A stretch of DNA of 64,000 bases from a virus, in the IMG/VR virus record IMGVR_UViG_3300021963_008193, positions 10,966 to 74,965 of that record. The stretch is one strand, 5' to 3'. Below are positions 8,812 through 18,422 of this stretch, in pieces. The notes under the pieces were generated by a model, which ran no database searches, was not told the DNA's origin, and saw only the letters and a program-made list of their open reading frames with translations. Each line of letters opens with the position of its first letter. Positions within the stretch are counted from its first letter, which is position 1. The position numbers were made by a program, and so were the translations under genes.

Positions 8812-9357
8812 ATGAAAAAACTATATTTTTTAAACGAGGAAGAGTCTAATAGAATATTAAATCTTCACAAAAAGGCAGTTAAAAAACAATTTTTAAATGA
8901 AGCTGGACCATATCAAGATACTGAGTCTATACCATCCTCCCCTACAACACCTGCATCACCAACTACACCCACTACTCCATCAACACCTACTACACCCACA
9001 ACACCAACTACTCCGTCAACACCTGCGTCACCAACAACGTCTACACCAACAACACCAACAGGTTCGTTGACTCAACAGTTACAAACTCTTATAGGTGCAA
9101 AGGCGGATGATAAGTTTGGTAAATTGTCATTACAGGCATTGACTGATAAATTAAAAACCGTCCCAAAACCAAGTACACCAACACCCGCAACAGGAACACC
9201 CGCAACAGGAACACCCGCGACAGGAACACCTGCGACAGGAACACCTGCGACAGGAACACCTGCGACAGGAACACCCGCAACAGGAACACCCGCAACAGGA
9301 ACACCCGCAACAGGAACACCTGCGACAGGGACTAAAATGAATAATACTGATTTATAA
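8812..9357 (+). CDS. Paralogous Thr/Pro-rich protein with leader and PG-binding-like motif
   Basis: Leader MKKLYFLNEEESNRILNLH...FLNE|A; motif LQTLIGAKADDKFGKLSLQAL; PTT and TPATG repeats. Confidence 0.6.
   Translation: MKKLYFLNEEESNRILNLHKKAVKKQFLNEAGPYQDTESIPSSPTTPASPTTPTTPSTPTTPTTPTTPSTPASPTTSTPTTPTGSLTQQLQTLIGAKADDKFGKLSLQALTDKLKTVPKPSTPTPATGTPATGTPATGTPATGTPATGTPATGTPATGTPATGTPATGTPATGTKMNNTDL
9181..9330 (+). repeat. 15-bp coding tandem repeat x10 (TPATG)
   Basis: ACACCYGCRACAGGA units; in frame, variation only at synonymous positions. Confidence 0.95.
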
Positions 9358-9738
9358 TTAAACCACGATACAATCAATAATTCTACTTGCGGTAGAATAG
9401 TTGGTGGCTAACGGAACGTCATGGACGTTACAAATTCTTAATAACATACTAACATCCACTTGATGTGGATGAACTTCTAAAGGGTCGATGAAGAATATAA
9501 CTACATCGACTTCTTTATTTATAATCATTGATGCAATCTGAGCATCACCACCCATTGGTCCACTGAATACTGTTTGAACTTTCTGTAACCCCGCGTGAAT
9601 TAAGTGTTTTCCCGTTGTCCCCGTTGCAACAACTTCAACATTGTTTGAGGTGAAGAACGGTAAACGTTTCATAACAAATGAAACCATATCAGCCTTCTTC
9701 CCATCATGAGCAATTAACGCTAATTTAATTTTGTTCAT
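9358..9738 (-). CDS. mgsA: Methylglyoxal synthase
   Basis: ALIAHDGKK, ATGTTG, SGPMGGDAQI, IFFIDPL..HPH.VDV..LLR.C.VH..PLATN motifs. Confidence 0.95.
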   Translation of the reverse strand: MNKIKLALIAHDGKKADMVSFVMKRLPFFTSNNVEVVATGTTGKHLIHAGLQKVQTVFSGPMGGDAQIASMIINKEVDVVIFFIDPLEVHPHQVDVSMLLRICNVHDVPLATNYSTASRIIDCIVV

Positions 9739-9961
9739 CAACTTCTTCTTTTTTTGATAATACTCGAATACATTTGGAAATCACTTCAGATTCACCTAAA
9801 GAATAAACACCTGATTCATGGGCATATTTAACGGCTTGTACCAATAGATAGATTGAATGGTCTTTATCCATAGTCTGTAATAATACATCCAAATGGTCTT
9901 CATTAAGTAATGGGACCGAATTAAATAATTTCCCAAATAATTGTTGTTCTTCCATTTCCAT
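9725..9961 (-). CDS. Hypothetical protein
   Basis: 78-aa ORF overlapping the mgsA start. Confidence 0.55.
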   Translation of the reverse strand: MEMEEQQLFGKLFNSVPLLNEDHLDVLLQTMDKDHSIYLLVQAVKYAHESGVYSLGESEVISKCIRVLSKKEEVDEQN

Positions 9962-10000
9962 AGTTTACGATATTTATAAGTATAAGTATTATTTTTCATA

Positions 10001-10963
10001 ATGTTAAGAGATATCGTAAATAAGATAAAGGAGGAAATCCTTAAAGAAGCCACAGGGGAATCAGGTGCTAGAGGGTCATATGTGGGACCGTTCCAACCAG
10101 GTGTTAAGGAATTTAATAAAAATGTTTTAGGACCTTTTAATATTCCTGTATCAAAATATAATGACGCCATGTTGGAGTATGACAGTTACGATGGTAAAAT
10201 GGACGAACCAAAAAAACAAATTAAAAAGATTGAGAGTAAAGCTAAGAAAGAATCCGATTACCTTAAAAAACATCCTAATTTGACCTCAAGTGATGATGAT
10301 GGTAACAATATTAACCAAACACCTGGAAAGGGTCTACAAATGGTCCCTATAAAAGAAAGTGGTACATCAATTAGTGCAGGTCCTTATAACGGACCAATGG
10401 AGATAGGATTAAAAAAATGGAAAAAAGAACATTTAGGACCATTCCAAGAGTTTGTTGATACAGAGTTTAATCATAAGAAAAAACAAAAAACATTAAAGAA
10501 TAACATAAATACCGTTGTTGGGGTTTGGGAAAAAAACGCTGATGGTACTTATGATACTGATGAACATGATGTTCATACTGTTAATGAATGGATTGAAGTA
10601 ACTGACGATTTAATTGTTGAGGATTTGGGTGTTTGGTTTGGAACCAAAAAGAAACCTAAAGGTAGTAGTCAACCTAAAGGTCCTTGGGTTAATATATGTA
10701 AAAAAGTTGACGGTCATCATCCACCATGTGGTAGACCTGAAGCATCTGATAAATCATACCCTAAATGTAGAGCAGCAGGTGTTGCGGGTAAAATGACCGA
10801 TTCTGAAAAACGTTCTGCTTGTAGTCAAAAAAGAAAGGCTGAAAAAACACATTCTAAAAGTGGTACAGGTAATTCACCAAAAATGGTTAGTTATAAACCA
10901 AGGGAAAAACAAAATGAATCACTTAAAGACTTAATAAAGAACGAATTACGAAGATTAATCTAA
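10001..10963 (+). CDS. Multi-module protein with (L/I)xE junctions and a C-terminal DUF5872-like Cys/basic domain
   Basis: ILKE|A, PIKE|S and LIVE|D junctions; two related G.Y.GP modules; WF...WVNIC...PPCGR...YPKCR domain. Confidence 0.6.
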   Translation: MLRDIVNKIKEEILKEATGESGARGSYVGPFQPGVKEFNKNVLGPFNIPVSKYNDAMLEYDSYDGKMDEPKKQIKKIESKAKKESDYLKKHPNLTSSDDDGNNINQTPGKGLQMVPIKESGTSISAGPYNGPMEIGLKKWKKEHLGPFQEFVDTEFNHKKKQKTLKNNINTVVGVWEKNADGTYDTDEHDVHTVNEWIEVTDDLIVEDLGVWFGTKKKPKGSSQPKGPWVNICKKVDGHHPPCGRPEASDKSYPKCRAAGVAGKMTDSEKRSACSQKRKAEKTHSKSGTGNSPKMVSYKPREKQNESLKDLIKNELRRLI

Positions 10964-11371
10964 ATTCTTAATTCTATCGTGAATATTCTTTAATGAAAAT
11001 TTAATTTGAGTCATTATCTCGTCCTCATATTCTTTTCTAATCTTTTCAGTTTTACCATCATACATAGTAGTGATTCTATCCCAATCCCTCTGAGACACTT
11101 TAACGTCATAATGATAAACGTGATTAGTAATACTGATATTTCTTTCATCTAAAATTACAAATAACCCAAGGTCTTCATTTTTAATATATCTCACCATTGA
11201 TAATGGGGCGATTAAGAACTTAGAATTAGCATGTGAAATCATACTACGACATATGGACAAACACAAAGTTTCTGTATCAGAAACTTTTGTTTCGTTTTGT
11301 AACCATTTATATTTTGTTTTTAAACGCCATTTTACATATAATCGTCTAAACAACTTTCTTAATTTGAACAT
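10955..11371 (-). CDS. Hypothetical protein
   Basis: 138-aa ORF; TAAATTTG (-7-like) element upstream at 11395-11388. Confidence 0.6.
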   Translation of the reverse strand: MFKLRKLFRRLYVKWRLKTKYKWLQNETKVSDTETLCLSICRSMISHANSKFLIAPLSMVRYIKNEDLGLFVILDERNISITNHVYHYDVKVSQRDWDRITTMYDGKTEKIRKEYEDEIMTQIKFSLKNIHDRIKNLD

Positions 11372-11410
11372 AATTTTTATTTTAATACAAATTTAGAAAA
11401 CTTTTTCCAT

Positions 11411-11438
11411 AAAAAAAAGGACCTGAGTCCTTTTTATT
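11411..11438. terminator. Intrinsic terminator, possibly bidirectional
   Basis: AAAAAAAAGGAC-CTGA-GTCCTTTTT. Confidence 0.7.
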
Positions 11439-11900
11439 TTAACAATATGGTGATGAACATCGTTTTTTACCATCTAAACCTGGCATCTTACCTTTACATA
11501 CTTGGACGGCATAACCATTAGCGTAAGCGGATGGGTACACTTTAAATTTAGATTTAGCCGCTGACTTACCTCTTGAACATAGTTTTGTACCTGTTTTTTT
11601 TCTTCCTTCCATCATAACATTATCCATGTCTTCAGAATCGTCTTTTTTTGTTTCATTCATCAAGAAATCAAACACTTGGTCAATAGATTCTTTTGCAGTT
11701 GCGATATGGTCTTGAGCCCAATCGTGTCCATTTTCTAAAATCTTTTGAAGTTCGTTTTCATTTTGTTTTAATAACAAACCTGTTTGTCTATGTATTTGTT
11801 CTAAATTACTAAAGAACATGTATCTATCATTTTCTTGTTCTTTAACAACTTTAGAAATTAATCTTGTTAAATCTGATTCACTTACTCTTATTACTTTCAT
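11439..11900 (-). CDS. Leader-bearing protein with C-terminal YPSAYANG (DUF5872-like) module
   Basis: Leader MKVIRVSESDLTRLISKVVKE; VMME|G followed by AKSKFKVYPSAYANGYAVQVCKG. Confidence 0.6.
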   Translation of the reverse strand: MKVIRVSESDLTRLISKVVKEQENDRYMFFSNLEQIHRQTGLLLKQNENELQKILENGHDWAQDHIATAKESIDQVFDFLMNETKKDDSEDMDNVMMEGRKKTGTKLCSRGKSAAKSKFKVYPSAYANGYAVQVCKGKMPGLDGKKRCSSPYC

Positions 11901-11901
11901 T

Positions 11902-12213
11902 TTAATCTTTGATTTTATATGTGTTCATATATGCCTTTTCAGCATAATCTAAGAATTTATCTCCATAGATACGACATAATCTATTCATTACTAATTGAGG
12001 ATTCTTTCTCATATAACGAAGGATATCGGCAGGTATTTGTTCATCATACTTGCCGAATAATCCTTGTATTTGTTTTTCTCTTGGAATCATTTTTACATGA
12101 GGTTCCACAGTGAATTCGGGTTCTCCAATTGTGTCATCAAAGTCTTCTTCATTAAGAACTCGTTTAATAATTCTATTTAAATCAGATTCTGTTAATTTTA
12201 CAACTTTTTTCAT
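11902..12213 (-). CDS. Hypothetical protein with the same helical leader
   Basis: Leader MKKVVKLTESDLNRIIKRVLNE. Confidence 0.65.
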   Translation of the reverse strand: MKKVVKLTESDLNRIIKRVLNEEDFDDTIGEPEFTVEPHVKMIPREKQIQGLFGKYDEQIPADILRYMRKNPQLVMNRLCRIYGDKFLDYAEKAYMNTYKIKD

Positions 12214-12215
12214 AG

Positions 12216-12431
12216 TTAAGAATTTAAACCGTTCATTCCTCCTAAAGCAACCGCGTCTAACAATACTACTGCTTTACCTTGGTCATTTAACCACGTTGGG
12301 TGTGGTGGTGTTATAGACACAGTGTTTCCACTACAGTCTAAGACACATACGTTATATTCAGTTCCTGCAGATATCGGAGCTAATGCTTCCTCAACGTTGG
12401 GGAACAAAAATGATGGATTTATATTTGACAT
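12216..12431 (-). CDS. Small hypothetical protein, likely virion-associated
   Basis: 71-aa ORF directly downstream of the beta-propeller gene. Confidence 0.55.
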   Translation of the reverse strand: MSNINPSFLFPNVEEALAPISAGTEYNVCVLDCSGNTVSITPPHPTWLNDQGKAVVLLDAVALGGMNGLNS

Positions 12432-12445
12432 AATTTTGTTTTTTT

Positions 12446-15400
12446 TTAATAGTAATAGTTTATTATTTCGTAAGCCTCTACACCTCCTGTAGTAAATATC
12501 GGACCGTTAGCCAATACATTATCAATATTTGTTTTAGTCATTGTACGTGTTGTAACATACTCAGTAACTCCTGTTCTAACGTATAATATAGTGCTAAGTA
12601 ATTGTCCACAATCTTCACAACTATTGTAACTTGTAAAATCAGTTGCGGTAAATAATGAGAAATTAAGTGCGTTTACAAATGGTGATTCACTTGACCAAGT
12701 CACTCCTGTATTTGATGAACTTTGTCCTGCACAAATATCGTTATCTAAATTATCTTCATCGTTTGAGGTTATTAACAATATTACATTTGCGTCACAAGTT
12801 AATGGTGATGTTGGGACTGTTATGTTTGGTCCTGAATAGATAGCTGATTGGTTATTTATTCTAAAATTTGTTATATATCCTTTGAATATACCATCATTAT
12901 CGGTTTGATTACCAATAACCAAAGGGTATGTGTTTGCTAAGTCAATACTATAAGGTTCTTCAGATACGACACGTAGACCATCAACATATACACTCCATAA
13001 ATGTTGTGACCCATTAAAGTATCTTGTTATTGCGAAATGAATCCATTTATTTTCTAAATCAGTTAAATTAAGACCTAAATTATATGTTTGACCATCACCA
13101 ATCCAAAGAAGTCCTCCACCTTCAAAGGAAATTTGAAGTACGTTAGTCCCACCACCATAAGTACCTATTGAGAACGGTCTTGCTGGCGTATTTACCTCAC
13201 CTCCCCAATATTGGAACCATTCTATAGTTAAATCCCATTCACCTGCTCCCCCAAATCCAAATTGACCAGCTGAGTTATCAACTTGGACCATAGTATTATT
13301 ATCACCACCAAAGTACATACTACCACCGATACCACCACTTTGAGTTAATTGTGGTGTTGTTATTACTCCATTGTCAAGACCACACACTGCAGCTCTATTA
13401 TTTACGTTTGCTTTGATTATACCTAATTGAGTATCATTGGTTGGTAAATAGATATTTGACAATGAATTATCACAAGTAATAAATGAATGTAACTCATATT
13501 CTTCTCCGATGAACAATTCTAATAGTCGGTCATAAGGACTATTAAATCTACCACCTACTAATAATCTTCCTGAAGATAGTAATAAAGTTTTATTTACGTA
13601 ATCATCATCTAAATCAAAAGTAAACGTCTCATCTAAAGTACCATTTGAATTTAATCTTACTAAATATGGGATATTATTATGAGCACTATTATTATCTTCA
13701 TAATCGTTAAATTGTCCACCAAGCATAATTTTACCATTTGGTAAAAGAGAAGCTGACAATACTGCCCCATCAAATCCCCCATTATTATCCCAATTACGAG
13801 TTGTAAATGTTTCATCAATAACATATTGTCTATTAACTTTAACTAATCTAACAATATTTTGAGGAATCCAAGTATTATTATAATCTCGAAGGTATCCTCC
13901 ATCGGCACCACCAATAATAACTAACTTACCGTCAGGTTGTGTTAATATTTGATTCACTCTTGGTCTACTTCCAGTGTCAACGTTAAATCCATCACCAAAG
14001 TCAGGTAATATTTCACCTGTTGGGGACAATTTAACAATACCACCTACGTTAGTTCCGTTATACCAATTAAACCAACCCCCAACAACAATGTTTTCGGTGT
14101 AAGTTACGGGTCCATTTTCATTATAAAAAGGGGTGTTTCTAATTGATTCGATATTGATTGTAAATACATCATCTCCGTCAAATCCATCTCCCATAACAAA
14201 TGTTCTATCAGGAGTACCATTAGAATTTAATCTAACAATTTGAGGACAGTAGAAATCATAGTAATAACTAAAACCACCACCTACAACAATTTTACCGTCT
14301 TTTTGGATAGCAATAGCTCTAACTATACCATTAAATTCACTATTAAAGGTAAATCCTGAGTCGATAGTTCCATCAGAATTTAATCTAATTATACGTCCAG
14401 CATTATATCCGTCATAATTTGTGAAATTACCACCTACTAATATTTTACCATCGGGTTGTAAAGCAATTGCTCTAATATAATTATTGAATTGTCCTAAGTA
14501 GAATGTTTCGTCTAAACTTCCGTCAGGATTTATTCTCATAAAATTACCGACAGGAACCTCAAGATAGTCATTAAAATTACCACCAACTAATATCTTACCA
14601 TCAGGTTGTTCTACCATTGTATAAACTAAACTACCGTCAAACCCTGTGTTACGGAAACCTCCATTTAAAACACCTTCAGGACTTACCTTAGTTAAACCTA
14701 ATGAACATAAATCTTCATAACTTTCGGAGTTTATATCTCCTAAATTAACAAAACTATAAATCTCAGGAGTTCCACCTGAAATAAATTCATAAGGTCCATA
14801 TGAGTAGTAATTAAATAAAACCTTAACAGGATTGTCACCTGTAGGTATTAATAACGCGGTTGGTCCATAAATTGCTTTATGAATTAATGGATAAGTACTT
14901 TCCATTTCTGTACAAGAATTTGCTCCATAAATTAAACCATTTGAGTCTACCGCTTCCTCACAAGAAGAATAAGGTGCGTAATTAATTGAAGGTAAATAAT
15001 CCCAAATAGGGTAAGGGACATTCCAATTCTCGTCTGTTTTTATCTGAGCGGCGAACTTACTAAAAGTTCTACCATCCGCGTCATAAATCATATCGATATA
15101 TAAAATGTCACCAACCTCATATTTTTTATCAACAACCCAGAATGTCATACCATCGTCAATATAAGGAAAATAACAATCCTCAACTGTAACTAATTTATAG
15201 TTATCTATGTAAGCGTCGCCACAATAACTGTAAGAGTTAACCTCCACATATTCAATAAGATTGGACGGGTAACTATAATCAATGTAACCACAAACAGTCA
15301 CCGATGGATTTCGTAGACTTTGGAAACTATGAACTGATTCGAATTCTAAAGGAGTCATTGACCCTACCACATAGGTAATTCTTTCGTCCATTAATGGTCG

Positions 15401-16891
15401 TGCACATGCTACAACATTATATGTATATGGGTATACTGAAATTGAGTTATGTAATCTACCGAAGTAGTTAAGTGGGTATACCGTTGGGTCTGCGTTACCA
15501 AAAAAACCACCAATTAAAATATTATCATCTTCTAAAATGGTGATATACTCAACACCACTATTTAAAATGTCATCATAAGAAAAACTATAATCAAATGAAC
15601 AATCAGAATGAAATCTAACCAACTCATCTATAGGAAGTCTATTATTATTGTTATCATAATAGTTATTAAAGTAGCCACCAACTAATATTTTACCATCAGA
15701 TTGTATTGCTAATGAGTGTACTTGATTATCTAATCCGTAACCAAATAAAGTATCTAACGTACCATTAGAACTTAATCTAACAATGTGACCACTAAATAAA
15801 TCATTATTGTCAAATAAATAAAAATACCCACCAACAATAATTTTACCGTCTGATTGTAATGCAATTGTCATAACCTCAGTATCAAATCCATTCCCTGTTT
15901 GGAATGTTGTATCTAAAGTACCATCAGAATTTAATCTTGTAATATAATTTTGAGTACTAAACCCATAAGTTGTAAAGTAACCCCCTACCAATATTTTACC
16001 ATCTGATTGTAATTCAATTACATTTACATAACAATCATCGGGACCACTAAATGCAACATCACCATCACCAATTAAGAATGAACTATCAATACTACCATTA
16101 GAGTTTAATCTAATGATACGATATGCGTCTATATTATTATATTGTGTAAATTCACCACCAACTATTATTTTACCATCAGGTTGTACGTGAATATCGTAAA
16201 CATTCCCGTTAAATCCATCACCAATATTAAATGTTGTATCTCTACTACCATCAGAATTCAATCTAATTATACTATTAAAAGTATCACAGTCACCGTCTCT
16301 ATCAAATCGTGTAAAAGCACCACCCACTAATATCTTTCCGTCAGGTTGTATCTCAAGTGTGTAAACAGTATCATCAAAACCTCCACCATAACAATCCTCA
16401 TTATATGAGATATCAAATGATTCGTCAATTGTACCGTCAGTGTTTAGTCTTATTAAACGATTATTTCTGTAAGAGTCACCATTATAATAGTAGTTAACAA
16501 ATCCTCCACCAATTACATATCTTCCATCGGAATCCACCGCAATATGATATACCGCACCGTCAAATCCATCTACTCCAAAACCACCACCCGCAGGGAATGA
16601 ATAATCAACTGTACCTGCGGTAAATGGTAAATCAATACCTTGAGGAACTGTTAATGAACGTCTATTGGATACCGTTTGAGTTTGAGTTGTTGCAGTTATA
16701 AAAACAGGTTCTGAATTTTTAGTTCTAGACGGACCATTTTGAGGTGTTTTATTAATGGTTACAGGACCCTCAATAATAGGTGAAGACATGTTTAAGGTTT
16801 GTGTGGAACCACTAAGATTTGTTTTAATCAAGTCTAATGTAGTAAATTCGGTATTACCACCCCATCCGTTAAATTTTGATTTGTTAGTCAT
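12446..16891 (-). CDS. Large delta-60 repeat (DUF5122-type beta-propeller) protein with C-terminal LamG/ConA-like domain; putative adhesin/fibre
   Basis: Two blocks of Q(P/S)DGKI(L/I)VGG.F...I.RLNSDG..D..F repeats; C-terminal TIEWF, W.HFAITR, VYVDG and F.GYITNFRI motifs. Start at ATG 16891 after TATTTAT. Confidence 0.85.
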   Translation of the reverse strand: MTNKSKFNGWGGNTEFTTLDLIKTNLSGSTQTLNMSSPIIEGPVTINKTPQNGPSRTKNSEPVFITATTQTQTVSNRRSLTVPQGIDLPFTAGTVDYSFPAGGGFGVDGFDGAVYHIAVDSDGRYVIGGGFVNYYYNGDSYRNNRLIRLNTDGTIDESFDISYNEDCYGGGFDDTVYTLEIQPDGKILVGGAFTRFDRDGDCDTFNSIIRLNSDGSRDTTFNIGDGFNGNVYDIHVQPDGKIIVGGEFTQYNNIDAYRIIRLNSNGSIDSSFLIGDGDVAFSGPDDCYVNVIELQSDGKILVGGYFTTYGFSTQNYITRLNSDGTLDTTFQTGNGFDTEVMTIALQSDGKIIVGGYFYLFDNNDLFSGHIVRLSSNGTLDTLFGYGLDNQVHSLAIQSDGKILVGGYFNNYYDNNNNRLPIDELVRFHSDCSFDYSFSYDDILNSGVEYITILEDDNILIGGFFGNADPTVYPLNYFGRLHNSISVYPYTYNVVACARPLMDERITYVVGSMTPLEFESVHSFQSLRNPSVTVCGYIDYSYPSNLIEYVEVNSYSYCGDAYIDNYKLVTVEDCYFPYIDDGMTFWVVDKKYEVGDILYIDMIYDADGRTFSKFAAQIKTDENWNVPYPIWDYLPSINYAPYSSCEEAVDSNGLIYGANSCTEMESTYPLIHKAIYGPTALLIPTGDNPVKVLFNYYSYGPYEFISGGTPEIYSFVNLGDINSESYEDLCSLGLTKVSPEGVLNGGFRNTGFDGSLVYTMVEQPDGKILVGGNFNDYLEVPVGNFMRINPDGSLDETFYLGQFNNYIRAIALQPDGKILVGGNFTNYDGYNAGRIIRLNSDGTIDSGFTFNSEFNGIVRAIAIQKDGKIVVGGGFSYYYDFYCPQIVRLNSNGTPDRTFVMGDGFDGDDVFTINIESIRNTPFYNENGPVTYTENIVVGGWFNWYNGTNVGGIVKLSPTGEILPDFGDGFNVDTGSRPRVNQILTQPDGKLVIIGGADGGYLRDYNNTWIPQNIVRLVKVNRQYVIDETFTTRNWDNNGGFDGAVLSASLLPNGKIMLGGQFNDYEDNNSAHNNIPYLVRLNSNGTLDETFTFDLDDDYVNKTLLLSSGRLLVGGRFNSPYDRLLELFIGEEYELHSFITCDNSLSNIYLPTNDTQLGIIKANVNNRAAVCGLDNGVITTPQLTQSGGIGGSMYFGGDNNTMVQVDNSAGQFGFGGAGEWDLTIEWFQYWGGEVNTPARPFSIGTYGGGTNVLQISFEGGGLLWIGDGQTYNLGLNLTDLENKWIHFAITRYFNGSQHLWSVYVDGLRVVSEEPYSIDLANTYPLVIGNQTDNDGIFKGYITNFRINNQSAIYSGPNITVPTSPLTCDANVILLITSNDEDNLDNDICAGQSSSNTGVTWSSESPFVNALNFSLFTATDFTSYNSCEDCGQLLSTILYVRTGVTEYVTTRTMTKTNIDNVLANGPIFTTGGVEAYEIINYYY

Positions 16892-16928
16892 TTTACTTTT
16901 TTTATTTATAAATATCAATTTATTATGA

Positions 16929-18401
16929 TTACTTCACATTAACAATCTGAAATTTTATTTGTCTTTTGTAGGTATTAATCTCACCCGAACTTTCTACCTT
17001 AATATCAATGAAATATTCATTAGGTATTTTATCTCTTGTATCGAACATAAAATAGTATTCGTTTGGAGTTCTATTTATTTTAGTCCAATCTTGAACTTGT
17101 ACTTCTGTTTGACCTTCTCGTACATAAACACGATAATACGCGTCCACTTTTTGTAAAAGTTTTTGAGTTGAGTAAGCTTGTTTAATGATAACACCAACTT
17201 TTCTAATATCGGTATTTAATATTTTTTCATCTTGTTTAATACCGTAATAATCAAACCCATAAATTTTTGGGTCGACAGATGTTGTCCCGATTTGAAGGGA
17301 ATTTTTATATGGGTAAAGTGTGAAGTCATTAAGTATTGGTGGAACATTAAATCCGTTAATATTCAAGTTATACCATCTATCTGAAAATGTGCAAGGTGTT
17401 TTGTAACCTGATAAAGGAGGGACAACAACTTCATATATTCCTTTTGTTCTTTGACATGTTGGTAAATTAGTTAACCCAGGAATTACGGTCCCTGAGGAAT
17501 CTAAAATATCTACCTTTGGTAAATCGTCTAAATTAACAGGTTGTCCATTATCATATAGGTAAAGATATAGTTTGTTAACATGACCTAATGTGAATAGATT
17601 TCTATCATCATCAATTACGTCATTATAATTAGACTCTAAAAATGGTTCATAAAATGTTTGGGTATGTCTTGTAAAGAATTGTACCTCATAAGCATCTGTT
17701 AACCCCATTAGATTCTCAACTTGAGGTTTATAAGCTATCCCCCAACCTGAAACATTAGTTAACGTACCTTTTAAGATATCATTAATTTCGTCTGTCATAT
17801 CAAAACTAACATTTTCATTACCAAATTCGAAATGTTGAGTTGCAACTACAGTTAATGCACTAAATGGGACAACCCCTAAATTTTTATTATTATAAATTCC
17901 TGGTTCTGTCCACACACCGATAGTTGTTGTTTGATACCAATTGGATGGTCTATCAGAAAAGTTTTTATCTAAATCACTATATTCATAAATCAAGTCAGCA
18001 AAATCATAACCAACGCCCTCATCCCAATATTGAGGCTGAGTCACATCATCATCAATGTAGGGAATTCTAAATAAGATTAAATCAAATGAAGTTGCTCTCA
18101 TTCTTGTCTGAGAGGTTTTAGTGTTTAGTAACTCAACATTAAAAAATGCCGTATTGGTCATTCTTAACGTATGTTTTACTGTGTCGGAACAGGTAGTATC
18201 GATACTAATAGTCCCATCATAAACCTTCTCCATTAATAATGAAAGGTCTAAATTGAATATAAAACGACTATACCCATTTGGATATTCAGAACTTGCCAAA
18301 GAACCATAAAAAAGTTCTGTCACAGGGTTTCTTCCTGTGTTGGTAAAACTGTTAGATATTATCGTGTTATTCTTACTGAAATACGAATTATTTATTGACA
18401 T
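16929..18401 (-). CDS. Hypothetical, probably structural (baseplate region)
   Basis: 490-aa beta-rich ORF preceded by the TATTTAT motif. Confidence 0.5.
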   Translation of the reverse strand: MSINNSYFSKNNTIISNSFTNTGRNPVTELFYGSLASSEYPNGYSRFIFNLDLSLLMEKVYDGTISIDTTCSDTVKHTLRMTNTAFFNVELLNTKTSQTRMRATSFDLILFRIPYIDDDVTQPQYWDEGVGYDFADLIYEYSDLDKNFSDRPSNWYQTTTIGVWTEPGIYNNKNLGVVPFSALTVVATQHFEFGNENVSFDMTDEINDILKGTLTNVSGWGIAYKPQVENLMGLTDAYEVQFFTRHTQTFYEPFLESNYNDVIDDDRNLFTLGHVNKLYLYLYDNGQPVNLDDLPKVDILDSSGTVIPGLTNLPTCQRTKGIYEVVVPPLSGYKTPCTFSDRWYNLNINGFNVPPILNDFTLYPYKNSLQIGTTSVDPKIYGFDYYGIKQDEKILNTDIRKVGVIIKQAYSTQKLLQKVDAYYRVYVREGQTEVQVQDWTKINRTPNEYYFMFDTRDKIPNEYFIDIKVESSGEINTYKRQIKFQIVNVK

Positions 18402-18422
18402 CAATGCTTTATTACATAAATA

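Noticed and set aside
9181-9330. CRISPR or iteron array
   Set aside because: No spacers; in-frame coding repeat with synonymous variation.
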